Sequence record: NC_048053.1
Strand: one strand, 5' to 3'
Length of the DNA: 64,000 bases
Under the pieces are notes generated by a model, which did no database searches, was not told where the DNA came from, and saw nothing but the letters and a program-made list of their open reading frames with translations. Positions 9,563-18,738 of the stretch are shown here, piece by piece. Positions within the stretch are counted from its first letter, which is position 1; every line of letters begins with the position of its first letter. The position numbers and the translations under genes are program-made.

Positions 9563-10764
9563 TTGGCGATTGCAAAAAGAGTTTAAAAAAGATTCCCGAC
9601 GCCAGTGTTCAAATGTGTGTGACAAGCCCTCCTTACTACGGTCTGCGTGATTATGGAAATCCCGCGCAGATCGGATTAGAGGAAACTCCGGAACAGTACA
9701 TTGAATCTTTGGTAGAAGTTTTTCGCGAAGTGAAACGCACTCTTAAAGATGACGGCGTGTTGTGGTTAAACATTGGCGATAGCTACTACAATCCTTCGAG
9801 AAAGAAACACAAAAATCTCAAAGGAAAAGATTTGATTGGCATTCCGTGGATGCTTGCTTTTGCTTTGCGTCAGGATGGCTGGTATTTACGTCAGGACATT
9901 ATCTGGCAGAAAACATCGCCTATGCCTGAAAGCGTTCGTGACCGCTGCACCGGAAGCCACGAATACATGTTTCTTCTCGCTAAGTCTCCGAAATATTATT
10001 TCGATAACGAGGCGATCAAAACTCCTGTTAAGCAGGATTGGGGAACACGTAATCGCAAGGATGGGAAGTATCACAACGAAGGAACCGGATTGCAGCCACA
10101 TTCCGGATTAGAAAAAAGTTATTCCAAAGCGAACAAGCGAAGTGTTTGGACGCTCGCGCCTCAGCCGTTCAAAGGCGCACACTTTGCAGTCTATCCACCG
10201 GATTTAATTCTGCCTTGTATTCTCGCAGGATCGAGAAAAGGCGATACTGTTTTAGATCCGTTTGGCGGTTCCGGAACAACGGCGGCAGTAGCGAAATATT
10301 TAAATCGCAATGCAATTCTTTGCGAACTGAATCCGGAATACGCAAAAATAATGCCGCAGCGTGTCGAGAGTGTTCTCGCAAACTACGCTGCAAAGAAAAA
10401 ATCCCCACTTACTTTATTACGCAAGCCAAAAAATTTGCGAAAAGTTAAGAAGGGAAGTGCCGATCTTGTTCTCGTAGAAAAATACGATCTGCCTATCTCT
10501 GAAATCTCACGAATCAAATCTGACAATGGTTCTGCTTTTGTCTTGGATAGAAAACTTTCAGTAAAAGAACTCACTGAACTTATTCTGTCGAACACAACGG
10601 AAGGACAAACAGTTTTCTCACCAAACATTCGAAAAGGAAGAATCGGTGTTGTGTGCGCTAAACTGAATCGTCGTCTGATTGGAATCGGTCATAAGCATTA
10701 TGATGAGGCCAAAGAGAAGATCGTTAAGAGCTATCGCAGGCACTATAAAGAACAATCCGCGTAA
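9541..10764 (+). CDS. beta-class DNA methyltransferase (N4C/N6A) with C-terminal degenerate second MTase-like domain
   Basis: VTSPPY catalytic motif, then LDPFGGSGTT SAM motif; GIPWMLAFALRQDGWYLRQDIIWQK typical of the family. Confidence 0.9.
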   Translation: MGKLKVLVGDCKKSLKKIPDASVQMCVTSPPYYGLRDYGNPAQIGLEETPEQYIESLVEVFREVKRTLKDDGVLWLNIGDSYYNPSRKKHKNLKGKDLIGIPWMLAFALRQDGWYLRQDIIWQKTSPMPESVRDRCTGSHEYMFLLAKSPKYYFDNEAIKTPVKQDWGTRNRKDGKYHNEGTGLQPHSGLEKSYSKANKRSVWTLAPQPFKGAHFAVYPPDLILPCILAGSRKGDTVLDPFGGSGTTAAVAKYLNRNAILCELNPEYAKIMPQRVESVLANYAAKKKSPLTLLRKPKNLRKVKKGSADLVLVEKYDLPISEISRIKSDNGSAFVLDRKLSVKELTELILSNTTEGQTVFSPNIRKGRIGVVCAKLNRRLIGIGHKHYDEAKEKIVKSYRRHYKEQSA

Positions 10765-10820
10765 GTCTCCCGGCGGGGAAAAGGAATGCCCCGCAAAACT
10801 CCCTTCTATCTGGCCTTTCA

Positions 10821-10878
10821 GGTCTGCAAATTGCTGTCCAAAATACCGCTCGAAACTCTCCCTTTTTCTTGATATCCT
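10821..10878 (+). promoter_or_regulatory. class-A phage promoter P1 (upstream box + -10 TATCCT)
   Basis: GGTCTGCAAA-ttgc-TGTCCAAAA; -10 starts 38 nt after TGTCC. Confidence 0.75.
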
Positions 10879-10941
10879 AAACCCTCTAGGGCGCATTGCG
10901 TCCACATACTGTCAATAACCCATATAGAAGGATTCTCCGCT

Positions 10942-11277
10942 ATGTCTACTATTTCTGACGTGAAAGGTATTGTTGCTTGCGTGCTGACTAATCCGGTTAC
11001 GCTTCCTCTAACTGTTGCGTTTGGAAGCGCCTACGTCGATCCGGAATATCAACTCGAAATCTCCGAACGTGATATGCAGGATGTAACGCCGCTCGATCTG
11101 GAAGAACAAACTGTTTTGCTTAATGCGAAGATCGATGCAAACAAAAATGTGCGTTACATTTTAATCGGTGAATGGAATGCGCTTGAATCTTTCATGAAAG
11201 AAAATTTCCGTGTGGGAAGTTATCATTCCTATATGCAGAAACTGGAAGCCGAAGATAAATACCGCAACAAAATCTAA
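10942..11277 (+). CDS. hypothetical protein
   Basis: first ORF after P1, aagga RBS. Confidence 0.75.
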   Translation: MSTISDVKGIVACVLTNPVTLPLTVAFGSAYVDPEYQLEISERDMQDVTPLDLEEQTVLLNAKIDANKNVRYILIGEWNALESFMKENFRVGSYHSYMQKLEAEDKYRNKI

Positions 11278-11337
11278 ATTGCTCTGTGCGCTCAATAGTG
11301 GGCGCACTTCTCAAACACTGTTTAAGGATAAATTTTT

Positions 11338-11817
11338 ATGTACTCATTAAATGAAATCGTTCAGAAGATCATTAACCGTTTGCCCGATGTTGCTGAAATC
11401 AGCAATCTCGAATTCGTTCACAAAAGTGGTTGTGATTATGTTTACTTCCAACTGCACGGCATTACTTATCGTGTTGATGCTGGCTTGTTTGTAGAAGAGA
11501 AAGAAGGTTCGTTTTTAGTTTCTTCTAGTGCTGCTCGCAATGTTCAGGCTGTTCTTCGCGGTGAGCGTGAGACTCTGATCAATGTTGAAGCGCGAAACAA
11601 AGCAGTGGATGCTATCGTCAACAACGCATCACACATCGAATTGCAGGAAGTTTTGATTGGTATCGGCGAACCGGAAGAAGGTACGTTAGAAGAATTGCAA
11701 AAAGCTGTGCGCGACTGGCTGCATGGTGACAGCAAATTGTTGATCGAAAAAATGGAAATCGTCTGGCTGTTCTTTGGTCACGATAAAGCTACGGCATTCA
11801 ATGAGGCGTTTCGCTAA
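11338..11817 (+). CDS. hypothetical protein
   Basis: aagga RBS; preceded by hairpin gtgcgctc-aatagt-gggcgcac. Confidence 0.75.
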   Translation: MYSLNEIVQKIINRLPDVAEISNLEFVHKSGCDYVYFQLHGITYRVDAGLFVEEKEGSFLVSSSAARNVQAVLRGERETLINVEARNKAVDAIVNNASHIELQEVLIGIGEPEEGTLEELQKAVRDWLHGDSKLLIEKMEIVWLFFGHDKATAFNEAFR

Positions 11818-12332
11818 TGAACATCGAAACCATTTTGAAACACACGCCGGATCAGTACAAAGAAAAAGTAATTGCTTGCCTGAACAAGTACGCGCCGATT
11901 GTTGAGAAATTTCAGGAAGAGATTTTCATTCGTTTAGTAGAAGTGTCCAACAAGCCTTATATAACTTCTGCTTCTGAATATCTCTTTCCGGTGAAAGGCA
12001 TTTCTATTTATATGCGCTATGGGGCGGGGCGTTGTGGTCGTTATGGTCACAATACTTTGTGCATTGCAAACATCGAAGTGCCAAAACGTATGGAACACAA
12101 AGGCTTCTTCACGGCGCTAATCTTTTCTTTGATTGCCGAATGTCAGGAACGCAAAATCATTCTTATGGTGGAGAATCCTCTTGAGAGATTCTTTCAGGAT
12201 TTTCTTTTGCGCATTGGCTTTATTTGTCCGAACAGAAACGGTTTAGGTATTGGCACGTTTCATCGTCCGATTGATGAAGGCCAGATCAGTCTTTACCCGT
12301 TCTACAATATGGATATCGAACATGCAGAATAA
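11817..12332 (+). CDS. GNAT-like acetyltransferase
   Basis: IANIEVPKRMEHKGFFTALI (motif A like); VENP..RFFQDFLLRIGF (motif B like). Confidence 0.5.
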   Translation: MNIETILKHTPDQYKEKVIACLNKYAPIVEKFQEEIFIRLVEVSNKPYITSASEYLFPVKGISIYMRYGAGRCGRYGHNTLCIANIEVPKRMEHKGFFTALIFSLIAECQERKIILMVENPLERFFQDFLLRIGFICPNRNGLGIGTFHRPIDEGQISLYPFYNMDIEHAE

Positions 12333-12747
12333 CTACGCTGTTAATATGGTCGCTGGTTTCATTCGTGAAATAGCGCGAGCGCCGCATAGAATCTTTAACG
12401 AAGTTCCAATTCGTTTTGGTTCTGGTGAAACTGTTGTATCAGTCGAGAAAGAATCTCACGCGATTGTTGCAACGATGGTTGATTGTCCTATCGAATCGCA
12501 CGAAGAACTTTTAGCTTTCGTGAACGCAACATTCAAACAGCTTTCCGGCTATCGTGTTACGTTGCGTTTTCTTGGCGGTCTGGATCTGAATCAATATGCC
12601 GATGATCATTTGCATGAAATTGCCGAACACTGGCAATGCAAATACGACATGGTGCGAACTAACTATTATTCTTTGGAAGTGTTTCGTTGTCTTCCATACA
12701 AAGAGGGGCGAAAAGTTGAAATTTCGCAAACTACTGACCCGCAATAA
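12322..12747 (+). CDS. hypothetical protein
   Basis: ORF overlapping previous end. Confidence 0.65.
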   Translation: MQNNYAVNMVAGFIREIARAPHRIFNEVPIRFGSGETVVSVEKESHAIVATMVDCPIESHEELLAFVNATFKQLSGYRVTLRFLGGLDLNQYADDHLHEIAEHWQCKYDMVRTNYYSLEVFRCLPYKEGRKVEISQTTDPQ

Positions 12748-12991
12748 AAACAGACGCTCCATTTCTGCAAGCTGTTTTATTGGACGTTTGTTTTTGGAAA
12801 TTGGCGTAGGGCGTGAACTGTGGTACTTCACGCGCTTTGGTAAAAATAACGATCATCGCATTTATCATTTGATTCACGTAGGTGTTACGCGTCTGGTGAA
12901 TCCTAGCGGCGAAGCGCATACTGATATGCTGGTGATCTCATTCCTCCTGCTAAATATTAAATTTGGTTGGATGACAATTAAGGATAAGTAA
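12716..12991 (+). CDS. hypothetical protein (TTG start uncertain)
   Basis: gagggg 7 nt before in-frame TTG; fills the gap. Confidence 0.4.
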   Translation: MKFRKLLTRNKNRRSISASCFIGRLFLEIGVGRELWYFTRFGKNNDHRIYHLIHVGVTRLVNPSGEAHTDMLVISFLLLNIKFGWMTIKDK

Positions 12992-13209
12992 TGGCTGACT
13001 ATACCAAAGAAGCACTTGAGCAAATGGACATTGCTCAATTGACAGACGTTGCTGATGAGTTTCGTTTGTATGAGGATATGAGCGACGATGATGACGCTCC
13101 GGATCAATCTGAAATGATCGAAGATATTCTGGCAGAGCAAGAACGCTTGAATCGAGCTAATGAATATGCTTTGAACCGTTTGAAAAATTCTATCTTCACG
13201 CGAGATTAA
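12991..13209 (+). CDS. small acidic protein, single Rho-N/HeH-like module
   Basis: LEQMDIAQLTDVADEFRL...DQSEMIEDIL. Confidence 0.65.
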   Translation: MADYTKEALEQMDIAQLTDVADEFRLYEDMSDDDDAPDQSEMIEDILAEQERLNRANEYALNRLKNSIFTRD

Positions 13210-13211
13210 AA

Positions 13212-13970
13212 ATGCCGAAACTCAAAAAAGAAACTCTGTTCGATTCGCTGCACGCTAAATTCTTCACAAAGAATCCGTGCGCACAAATGCAAGATATTTT
13301 GCGCATCGTCGTAGTGAAGCCTGTTAACTCTCTTCACTTTAAACTGGTCATGCGTCCTGCTGCGTGGAATCAGCACGAAGAAAACTTTCGTGAGATTTCT
13401 ATCCGACGTGCCGAACTTCATTACGTTGATATAATCTGCACGCAGGGAACTTTCGCAGATAGCACGCACGCCGAAACAATGGAACAGGCGATGGATGCAA
13501 TCTATAAGTATCTTTCTGCCAGAAGCATAACGCGCACGAAACTTTTTGATGCTGCTGCTGTTTATGCTCATACGTTGAAAAATAGTAGTGCTGCTGGCGT
13601 TTCGGTTTCTGATTGTATTGACCGGATCATCATTCGTGATTTATCTGTAAACTACTCTACAGAACTGCATATAACGCAGAACAGCAATGGCAGAATTAAA
13701 ATGTCGTTGTACGCGAACGGCGAACTTTCATTCTGCACCGAACCTCAAACGGAACAGCAACTGATAGACAAAGCAACTTATGTTTTGTTTGGCGGTGGCC
13801 CTGTTGAAGACGCGTTGCCGAAACTGCTTCGCCACGAAGTTAAAGCTGTGACTCAAATGTTGGAGAAATACAATGTCAATCTCAACGAGGACACAATCAC
13901 TTTTAAGAAGGAAGATTTTTTCTCCTTTGTTGGCGATCTTGTTCAGCACAAAACGCCGGGCAAGAATTAG
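13212..13970 (+). CDS. hypothetical protein
   Basis: 252-aa ORF in operon. Confidence 0.75.
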   Translation: MPKLKKETLFDSLHAKFFTKNPCAQMQDILRIVVVKPVNSLHFKLVMRPAAWNQHEENFREISIRRAELHYVDIICTQGTFADSTHAETMEQAMDAIYKYLSARSITRTKLFDAAAVYAHTLKNSSAAGVSVSDCIDRIIIRDLSVNYSTELHITQNSNGRIKMSLYANGELSFCTEPQTEQQLIDKATYVLFGGGPVEDALPKLLRHEVKAVTQMLEKYNVNLNEDTITFKKEDFFSFVGDLVQHKTPGKN

Positions 13971-14126
13971 TTTAGCTGTATCGTTTGTCCTGTACATCTG
14001 TTTTATTTTGTTTGACGCTTTCGTTTATCACGTCTCACAACCTGTTCGTTTGGTGGTTATATTTTTCGCGAGCATGTTTTTCGGACACGCTTTGTTTAAG
14101 GCTTTTCCGATCAGGAGTCGTCCCCA

Positions 14127-14222
14127 ATGATTGAGTACGGCGAAATAAAATTCCATATGTCAAGCCGTCGATTCTGGTTCTGGATTGCGGTTGCATTATT
14201 TCTTATAATCTCTCTTAACTGA
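14127..14222 (+). CDS. 31-aa membrane peptide (absent from ORF track)
   Basis: aggag RBS; MIEYGEIKFHMSSRRFWFWIAVALFLIISLN. Confidence 0.5.
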   Translation: MIEYGEIKFHMSSRRFWFWIAVALFLIISLN

Positions 14223-14236
14223 GGAAAGGTACTAAA

Positions 14237-14830
14237 ATGAAAAACTTCTTTGCAAAATTCTTCGATCTTCGCGCTTACGACAATTGGAATCTCGGCGCGT
14301 TTTTCATTCTCTTCATTGTCTACGCTGTTATGGATGTTTTCATTCCGGACGGTTACGAGACTCTGTATCTGATTCTCGCAATCGGGCTTAACATTGCAGT
14401 GCTTGTTTTCGATCAGAATGAATTGCGTAAAGCCGAAGCCAATGTTCCGTCTGCGTGGTGGATTCTTTTGATGCCTGTTTACGTTTACATGCGTGAGAAA
14501 AAGAATTCTAAAAAGAATCTGCGTGTAGCTCATGCGTATCTTGTGCTTATGATTGCCTCTATGCTTTTCGGTTTCAGTGCGGATAATTCTCGCAATCCGG
14601 AACGTGTTGCTTCTGATGTGTGTCCAATCGTTGACACGATTGATTTGTATCGCAACGCTCATGTTACTTGCACGCGTGCATACAATTTCACTGAACAGTA
14701 TGACGGTTTCTGGAAAGGGCGTGTCCATCTTTCAAATAACATGATTGTATCTGTTACTGCCGATTACAATCAGAAAGAAGGTTCTGTTTACGTTCAGACG
14801 CAGGGGTTATCAGATGACGCAGGCTACTAA
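14237..14830 (+). CDS. inner-membrane protein (about 4 hydrophobic segments) with C-terminal soluble domain
   Basis: hydrophobic stretches; FDQNELRKA..VPSAWWILLMPVYVYMR. Confidence 0.75.
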   Translation: MKNFFAKFFDLRAYDNWNLGAFFILFIVYAVMDVFIPDGYETLYLILAIGLNIAVLVFDQNELRKAEANVPSAWWILLMPVYVYMREKKNSKKNLRVAHAYLVLMIASMLFGFSADNSRNPERVASDVCPIVDTIDLYRNAHVTCTRAYNFTEQYDGFWKGRVHLSNNMIVSVTADYNQKEGSVYVQTQGLSDDAGY

Positions 14831-15164
14831 GAAACGCTACTGCCCCGAAACGGGCGTTGAGTTGCGCGAGGCAATCGGAATTCCGTGTATCGTGATCGTA
14901 TGTCATGTGATCGAACGCGAGCGCGGAGTGGGTAAACGTCCTGATGGTTTCGTTTACTGCGAATGCAAAGAAAACTTGGAGAAGTTCAAAGAATTTCTCC
15001 AACAACAAAAATCCTCTTCGCGAGGTGAGTGTTATTCCGAAATCACCAACACTGAGTTAGTTCAGGTAAGCGAAGAGTTTGTCAAAGAACTTTCCAAACA
15101 CCGAAACGATCTTCATCGTCCGTGGATTTGGGAAAATTCAAGCAAACACAATTCTATTGTGTGA
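14814..15164 (+). CDS. hypothetical protein
   Basis: agggg RBS before ATG 14814. Confidence 0.65.
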   Translation: MTQATKKRYCPETGVELREAIGIPCIVIVCHVIERERGVGKRPDGFVYCECKENLEKFKEFLQQQKSSSRGECYSEITNTELVQVSEEFVKELSKHRNDLHRPWIWENSSKHNSIV

Positions 15165-15172
15165 GGTGAGCC

Positions 15173-15523
15173 ATGAAAATTGACAGCACCGTGATTCGAG
15201 AACTTGTATTGAAACAACACGAATTCCGCTCCGTGCTATCCAATGCCGATGCGTTGTTTTGTGTTTCTCAATTTGCGGCGTTGGCGTCAACTGGTTTTCC
15301 TGTTGTCGCTGGTTTTACTCTGGAAGAAGTTCCAGATGGTCAACGCGGAATACAAGTTGTATTTCCTGAATATCAAATCCTATCGCAAGTCACTAAAGAA
15401 GATATGCGCGAAGTTGAGAAGCGTTTTGTCGCAGACTACGATTGGGGAAGTGCTGTAATTGAACGCGGAAGTTTTTATAACGGATTTAAAGGCCGTTCCT
15501 TCCGTTTAATTCTCCTTTACTGA
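15173..15523 (+). CDS. hypothetical protein
   Basis: gaggtg RBS. Confidence 0.7.
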   Translation: MKIDSTVIRELVLKQHEFRSVLSNADALFCVSQFAALASTGFPVVAGFTLEEVPDGQRGIQVVFPEYQILSQVTKEDMREVEKRFVADYDWGSAVIERGSFYNGFKGRSFRLILLY

Positions 15524-15533
15524 GGAAATAAAA

Positions 15534-15782
15534 ATGCCAATGTCATTTCCGGATTTTGATTCATTAAAACGTCGCGCACATCAACGCAATTTTCGTCAGC
15601 CGAAAGATGGCGAAACTGAACAAGAGTTCCGCACTGCTTTTGCTGATTTCATGCTGGAAGTTGATCGTGTTGAAAGCGCGGAAATCCGAAGCGGAAAAGG
15701 TTGGGATGAAATGCAACATGATCCTGCGGCTATGTTACGCATGATGGGATTTGGCGATGTTGTAGATTCTATCCGTAAGTAA
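15534..15782 (+). CDS. hypothetical protein
   Basis: gagga RBS. Confidence 0.7.
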   Translation: MPMSFPDFDSLKRRAHQRNFRQPKDGETEQEFRTAFADFMLEVDRVESAEIRSGKGWDEMQHDPAAMLRMMGFGDVVDSIRK

Positions 15783-15788
15783 AATAAT

Positions 15789-15817
15789 AGGGAGTGGGCG
15801 AAAGCTCATTCCCTTTT
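15789..15817 (+). terminator. Rho-independent terminator (identical to 5975)
   Basis: agggagtgggcgaaagctcattccctttt. Confidence 0.8.
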
Positions 15818-15855
15818 GCGTTTCCTTGCCTAAATCTCTGGAGTCTGACCTAACA

Positions 15856-15913
15856 AGTCGGCAAATCCTTGTCCGAAAATTCGCTGGTTTTGGCTCTCTT
15901 TTTCAGGCATACT
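15856..15913 (+). promoter_or_regulatory. class-A phage promoter P2 (-10 CATACT)
   Basis: AGTCGGCAAA-tcct-TGTCCGAAA; 38-nt spacing. Confidence 0.7.
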
Positions 15914-15944
15914 AAAAGGGCACCAATTACACCAATATAAGGAA

Positions 15945-16223
15945 ATGAATATGACCACTTTAACCCCGCTTGACCGTAAAAACGTACAGACCGTGTTGAC
16001 CGTTCTTTTTGACGAAAAAGAGGCCGAACGTAAAAGAAAGAACTTGCGCGTGAGCACAAGACAATTTCTGAAATTGGCACGAATTCCTTCTGCCAGAAAA
16101 TCAGAAGCGCTTGACCTGATTAAAACCGTTTCTCGATCTGCAAAATTCAGATCAACTTTCGGTAAATGGATCATGACAATCGATCAGGCAAACACGGATA
16201 GCATTTTATTCATGCAGCCTTAA
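15945..16223 (+). CDS. small basic hypothetical protein
   Basis: aagga RBS after P2. Confidence 0.7.
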   Translation: MNMTTLTPLDRKNVQTVLTVLFDEKEAERKRKNLRVSTRQFLKLARIPSARKSEALDLIKTVSRSAKFRSTFGKWIMTIDQANTDSILFMQP

Positions 16224-16225
16224 AC

Positions 16226-16261
16226 ATTGTGAAGGGCATTCGAAAGAGTGTCCTTTGAAAT
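16226..16261 (+). repeat. 36-bp intergenic repeat, copy 1 (hairpin)
   Basis: attgtgaagggcattcgaaagagtgtcctttgaaat; identical at 16699. Confidence 0.9.
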
Positions 16262-16284
16262 GTCACCACAATACGGAAATAGTT

Positions 16285-16698
16285 ATGGACAATCTACCAA
16301 AGAAAGGCGCTGTTTTTTCTCTCATCGAAGTTGCGAAAATCTCCAAAGAAAGTAATCGTGATGTTTATTTGGGATTCGTTCCTCCGGTACGCACCGAAAA
16401 GTGTCAGTATAAATTTCTGAAACCCTCTGTTGTTGAATATCAACATATTGGATTGGATGCTTTGCTCTTAATTCCCGGATGGGCTGAAACAAAATGGCGC
16501 TTCCTTCATTTCTCACCGATAGGTTTTAATGCCTGTTTTGCCGCAATAGATAGTGAGGAAATTTCTGCTCTTTGTGAATATCAACCGCACACATTCGATC
16601 TTCTTGTGGATAGCGTGTGTTCGTTTCCGCTTAACACTGATTTCAAACAATCGCCTCCGTATGATCCTGCGATTCATGGTCGATTGATTCCACAATAA
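16285..16698 (+). CDS. hypothetical protein
   Basis: acggaaatagttATG leader matching that of 16762. Confidence 0.7.
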   Translation: MDNLPKKGAVFSLIEVAKISKESNRDVYLGFVPPVRTEKCQYKFLKPSVVEYQHIGLDALLLIPGWAETKWRFLHFSPIGFNACFAAIDSEEISALCEYQPHTFDLLVDSVCSFPLNTDFKQSPPYDPAIHGRLIPQ

Positions 16699-16734
16699 AT
16701 TGTGAAGGGCATTCGAAAGAGTGTCCTTTGAAAT
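16699..16734 (+). repeat. 36-bp intergenic repeat, copy 2
   Basis: identical to 16226-16261. Confidence 0.9.
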
Positions 16735-16761
16735 TTTACCAAACCCAATAAGGAAATAGTT

Positions 16762-17106
16762 ATGTCTTCTACCACTCAAATCAATTTCGTTTTTCCTTCT
16801 CTGCATTCGTTTGAAGTAACACTCGGTTCCGGCGCTGTTGCAAATTTCTTCGGCGTTCGTGAGAACGAACAGCATTCCTTCTACGGGGAAGACGCGCTCC
16901 GCACAATGCAGAATTCAAATCTGATTGGTGCGCTGCCTCCGTTTGATCAGGCGATTGTGAATCTGCTGATCTCAAATCAGGTTCAACGCGACGAACTTAT
17001 CTATGAGCGTGCGCGTCCTCAAGTTCATTACTTCGAAGTTGAATCTGATGAACCGAATCATAATAAGCATGAAGGCGTGCTTCTTGTAATTCACCACTTC
17101 CGTTAA
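16762..17106 (+). CDS. hypothetical protein
   Basis: aagga RBS. Confidence 0.75.
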   Translation: MSSTTQINFVFPSLHSFEVTLGSGAVANFFGVRENEQHSFYGEDALRTMQNSNLIGALPPFDQAIVNLLISNQVQRDELIYERARPQVHYFEVESDEPNHNKHEGVLLVIHHFR

Positions 17107-17187
17107 TATCGATGTGGTTGTTAAGGGCGTTCTTCTGAGCGCTCTTAGAAACCAATATCTTTTAACCCAAACACAAGGAAAAGTAAT

Positions 17188-17601
17188 ATGACATTCCCAA
17201 CTCGCGGCAAAACCTACACCTTCGAACAACTCAATGATATGGAACTGCGCGATTCTCCTTTCCTGCGCTTCCGTACCAAAAACATTAATGGTGAAGATGT
17301 TATTGCCGTTATCCAAACATCGCATGTGACCGACGAACAGCTTGCATCTATTCCCGGTTTCTCTGAATCGCTTTGGACGTTTCAGTATGAAACTGATGAG
17401 TGGATTCCTCTGTTCATGTTTGCTGAGAAATCTCCTATCGAAGATCTGGTTGATTGTGAAGAAGCAATTGATCCGTACCGATGGGAGGAAGTTGGTGTTT
17501 ATGCAACGCCGAAAGGTTTTCCGTGCGAGCAATATTATTATCGCGACGAGCACGGTGTAATTCGTCGCCGTCATGATGGCAAACGCCACGACGAATATTA
17601 A
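17188..17601 (+). CDS. hypothetical protein
   Basis: aagga RBS; upstream hairpin. Confidence 0.75.
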   Translation: MTFPTRGKTYTFEQLNDMELRDSPFLRFRTKNINGEDVIAVIQTSHVTDEQLASIPGFSESLWTFQYETDEWIPLFMFAEKSPIEDLVDCEEAIDPYRWEEVGVYATPKGFPCEQYYYRDEHGVIRRRHDGKRHDEY

Positions 17602-17646
17602 TCTTCTTGCCGCTCGAAAGGGCGGCATCCATTTAAGGATAAAGAA

Positions 17647-17937
17647 ATGTCTATTAGTGAAGATATGGCAAAGAACAACGGTTCATTTACTCGCACTGAA
17701 AGCAGTACGCATTGTTGTTCACTGTGGCACATTCCGGGAATGTGTGAATATCATCGCGCAAAATCTGTTGTCGTGTTCTTCAACAACGAACAGGATGCAG
17801 AAAACTTTTGCCGTCCTAATTCAATGCCTCCGGAAATGTGCGAGGTTTACGATCTTTCAAATAAGATTTGGAACGATCATTTTTCTATGGCTAAATACGA
17901 CGAGAATGGTATCTTCTCGGATGAAAATCACTGTTAA
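17647..17937 (+). CDS. hypothetical protein
   Basis: aagga RBS; upstream GAAA hairpin. Confidence 0.7.
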   Translation: MSISEDMAKNNGSFTRTESSTHCCSLWHIPGMCEYHRAKSVVVFFNNEQDAENFCRPNSMPPEMCEVYDLSNKIWNDHFSMAKYDENGIFSDENHC

Positions 17938-17946
17938 GGAATTGCT

Positions 17947-18738
17947 ATGAACAGCAAACTTGCTCTCATTGCCGCTATCTGTATTGAAGCGTTTACCACG
18001 AACGAAACAGATAACATCGCCACCATTACCATTCGTGCTTTGCTGCACTCGGCAAACATCACAATCACGCCGACCACAATCACTTTTGAAAGTGAAGATT
18101 TTTCAGATGACTGTGTTATCACTGCTGAACTTTCTTGTGCTGACGAAAACATTCGAATTCACTCTAAGGTATCTGATGAATTCGCAGATGATTTTGAAAG
18201 CGATGATGAACGCACTGTTGTTTTTGCCGAAGCAACACACGCACTTCAATTTGTGTGTTCGCAGTTGGCAGGTTTAACTCTCGATCCTGAATTCAGTATT
18301 GTTCCTCTGGAAGATTCTCGGATAAGTGGCATGAGAACTTCCGGCGACTCGCTTTCCGAAGATAGCGAAGAAGATGCTTATGAAAACATGTTTGATCAAA
18401 TCGGCGGATCTGATTTTCTTCAAACAAAACGCACAAGTTTCTTGGATAAGCATTTTGGTTCTGCTGCTTTTATCAAAATGTGCAGTGAACTCGAAGTGCC
18501 TCCGTTCGAAAACAAGCAGGCTGCGTTGGCTTACTTTGAACTCAAGGAGAATGATCCTGAATTGCAGGAGAGCGTTGTTGATACATTCGAAATGTACATG
18601 GAATTGGATACTTCCAGCTACGCTTGGGATGACTATTACGATTTGATGGAATCTATCATTGAAGAGATAGATAAAAAGCTCAAAGCAAAAAGTGATCGTA
18701 AATGTCTGCTGCGTCGCATAGGGGAATGGTTATCATGA
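17947..18738 (+). CDS. acidic hypothetical protein
   Basis: aagga RBS; D/E rich. Confidence 0.75.
   Translation: MNSKLALIAAICIEAFTTNETDNIATITIRALLHSANITITPTTITFESEDFSDDCVITAELSCADENIRIHSKVSDEFADDFESDDERTVVFAEATHALQFVCSQLAGLTLDPEFSIVPLEDSRISGMRTSGDSLSEDSEEDAYENMFDQIGGSDFLQTKRTSFLDKHFGSAAFIKMCSELEVPPFENKQAALAYFELKENDPELQESVVDTFEMYMELDTSSYAWDDYYDLMESIIEEIDKKLKAKSDRKCLLRRIGEWLS

Noticed and set aside
13873-14130. Hydrophobic ORF filling 13970-14130
   Set aside because: Probably a small membrane gene, but no convincing start codon or RBS was found, so it is not called.
16226-16734. 36-bp palindromic direct repeats resembling CRISPR repeats
   Set aside because: Only two copies, 473 bp apart with a whole gene between them; no spacer-sized units and no cas genes.
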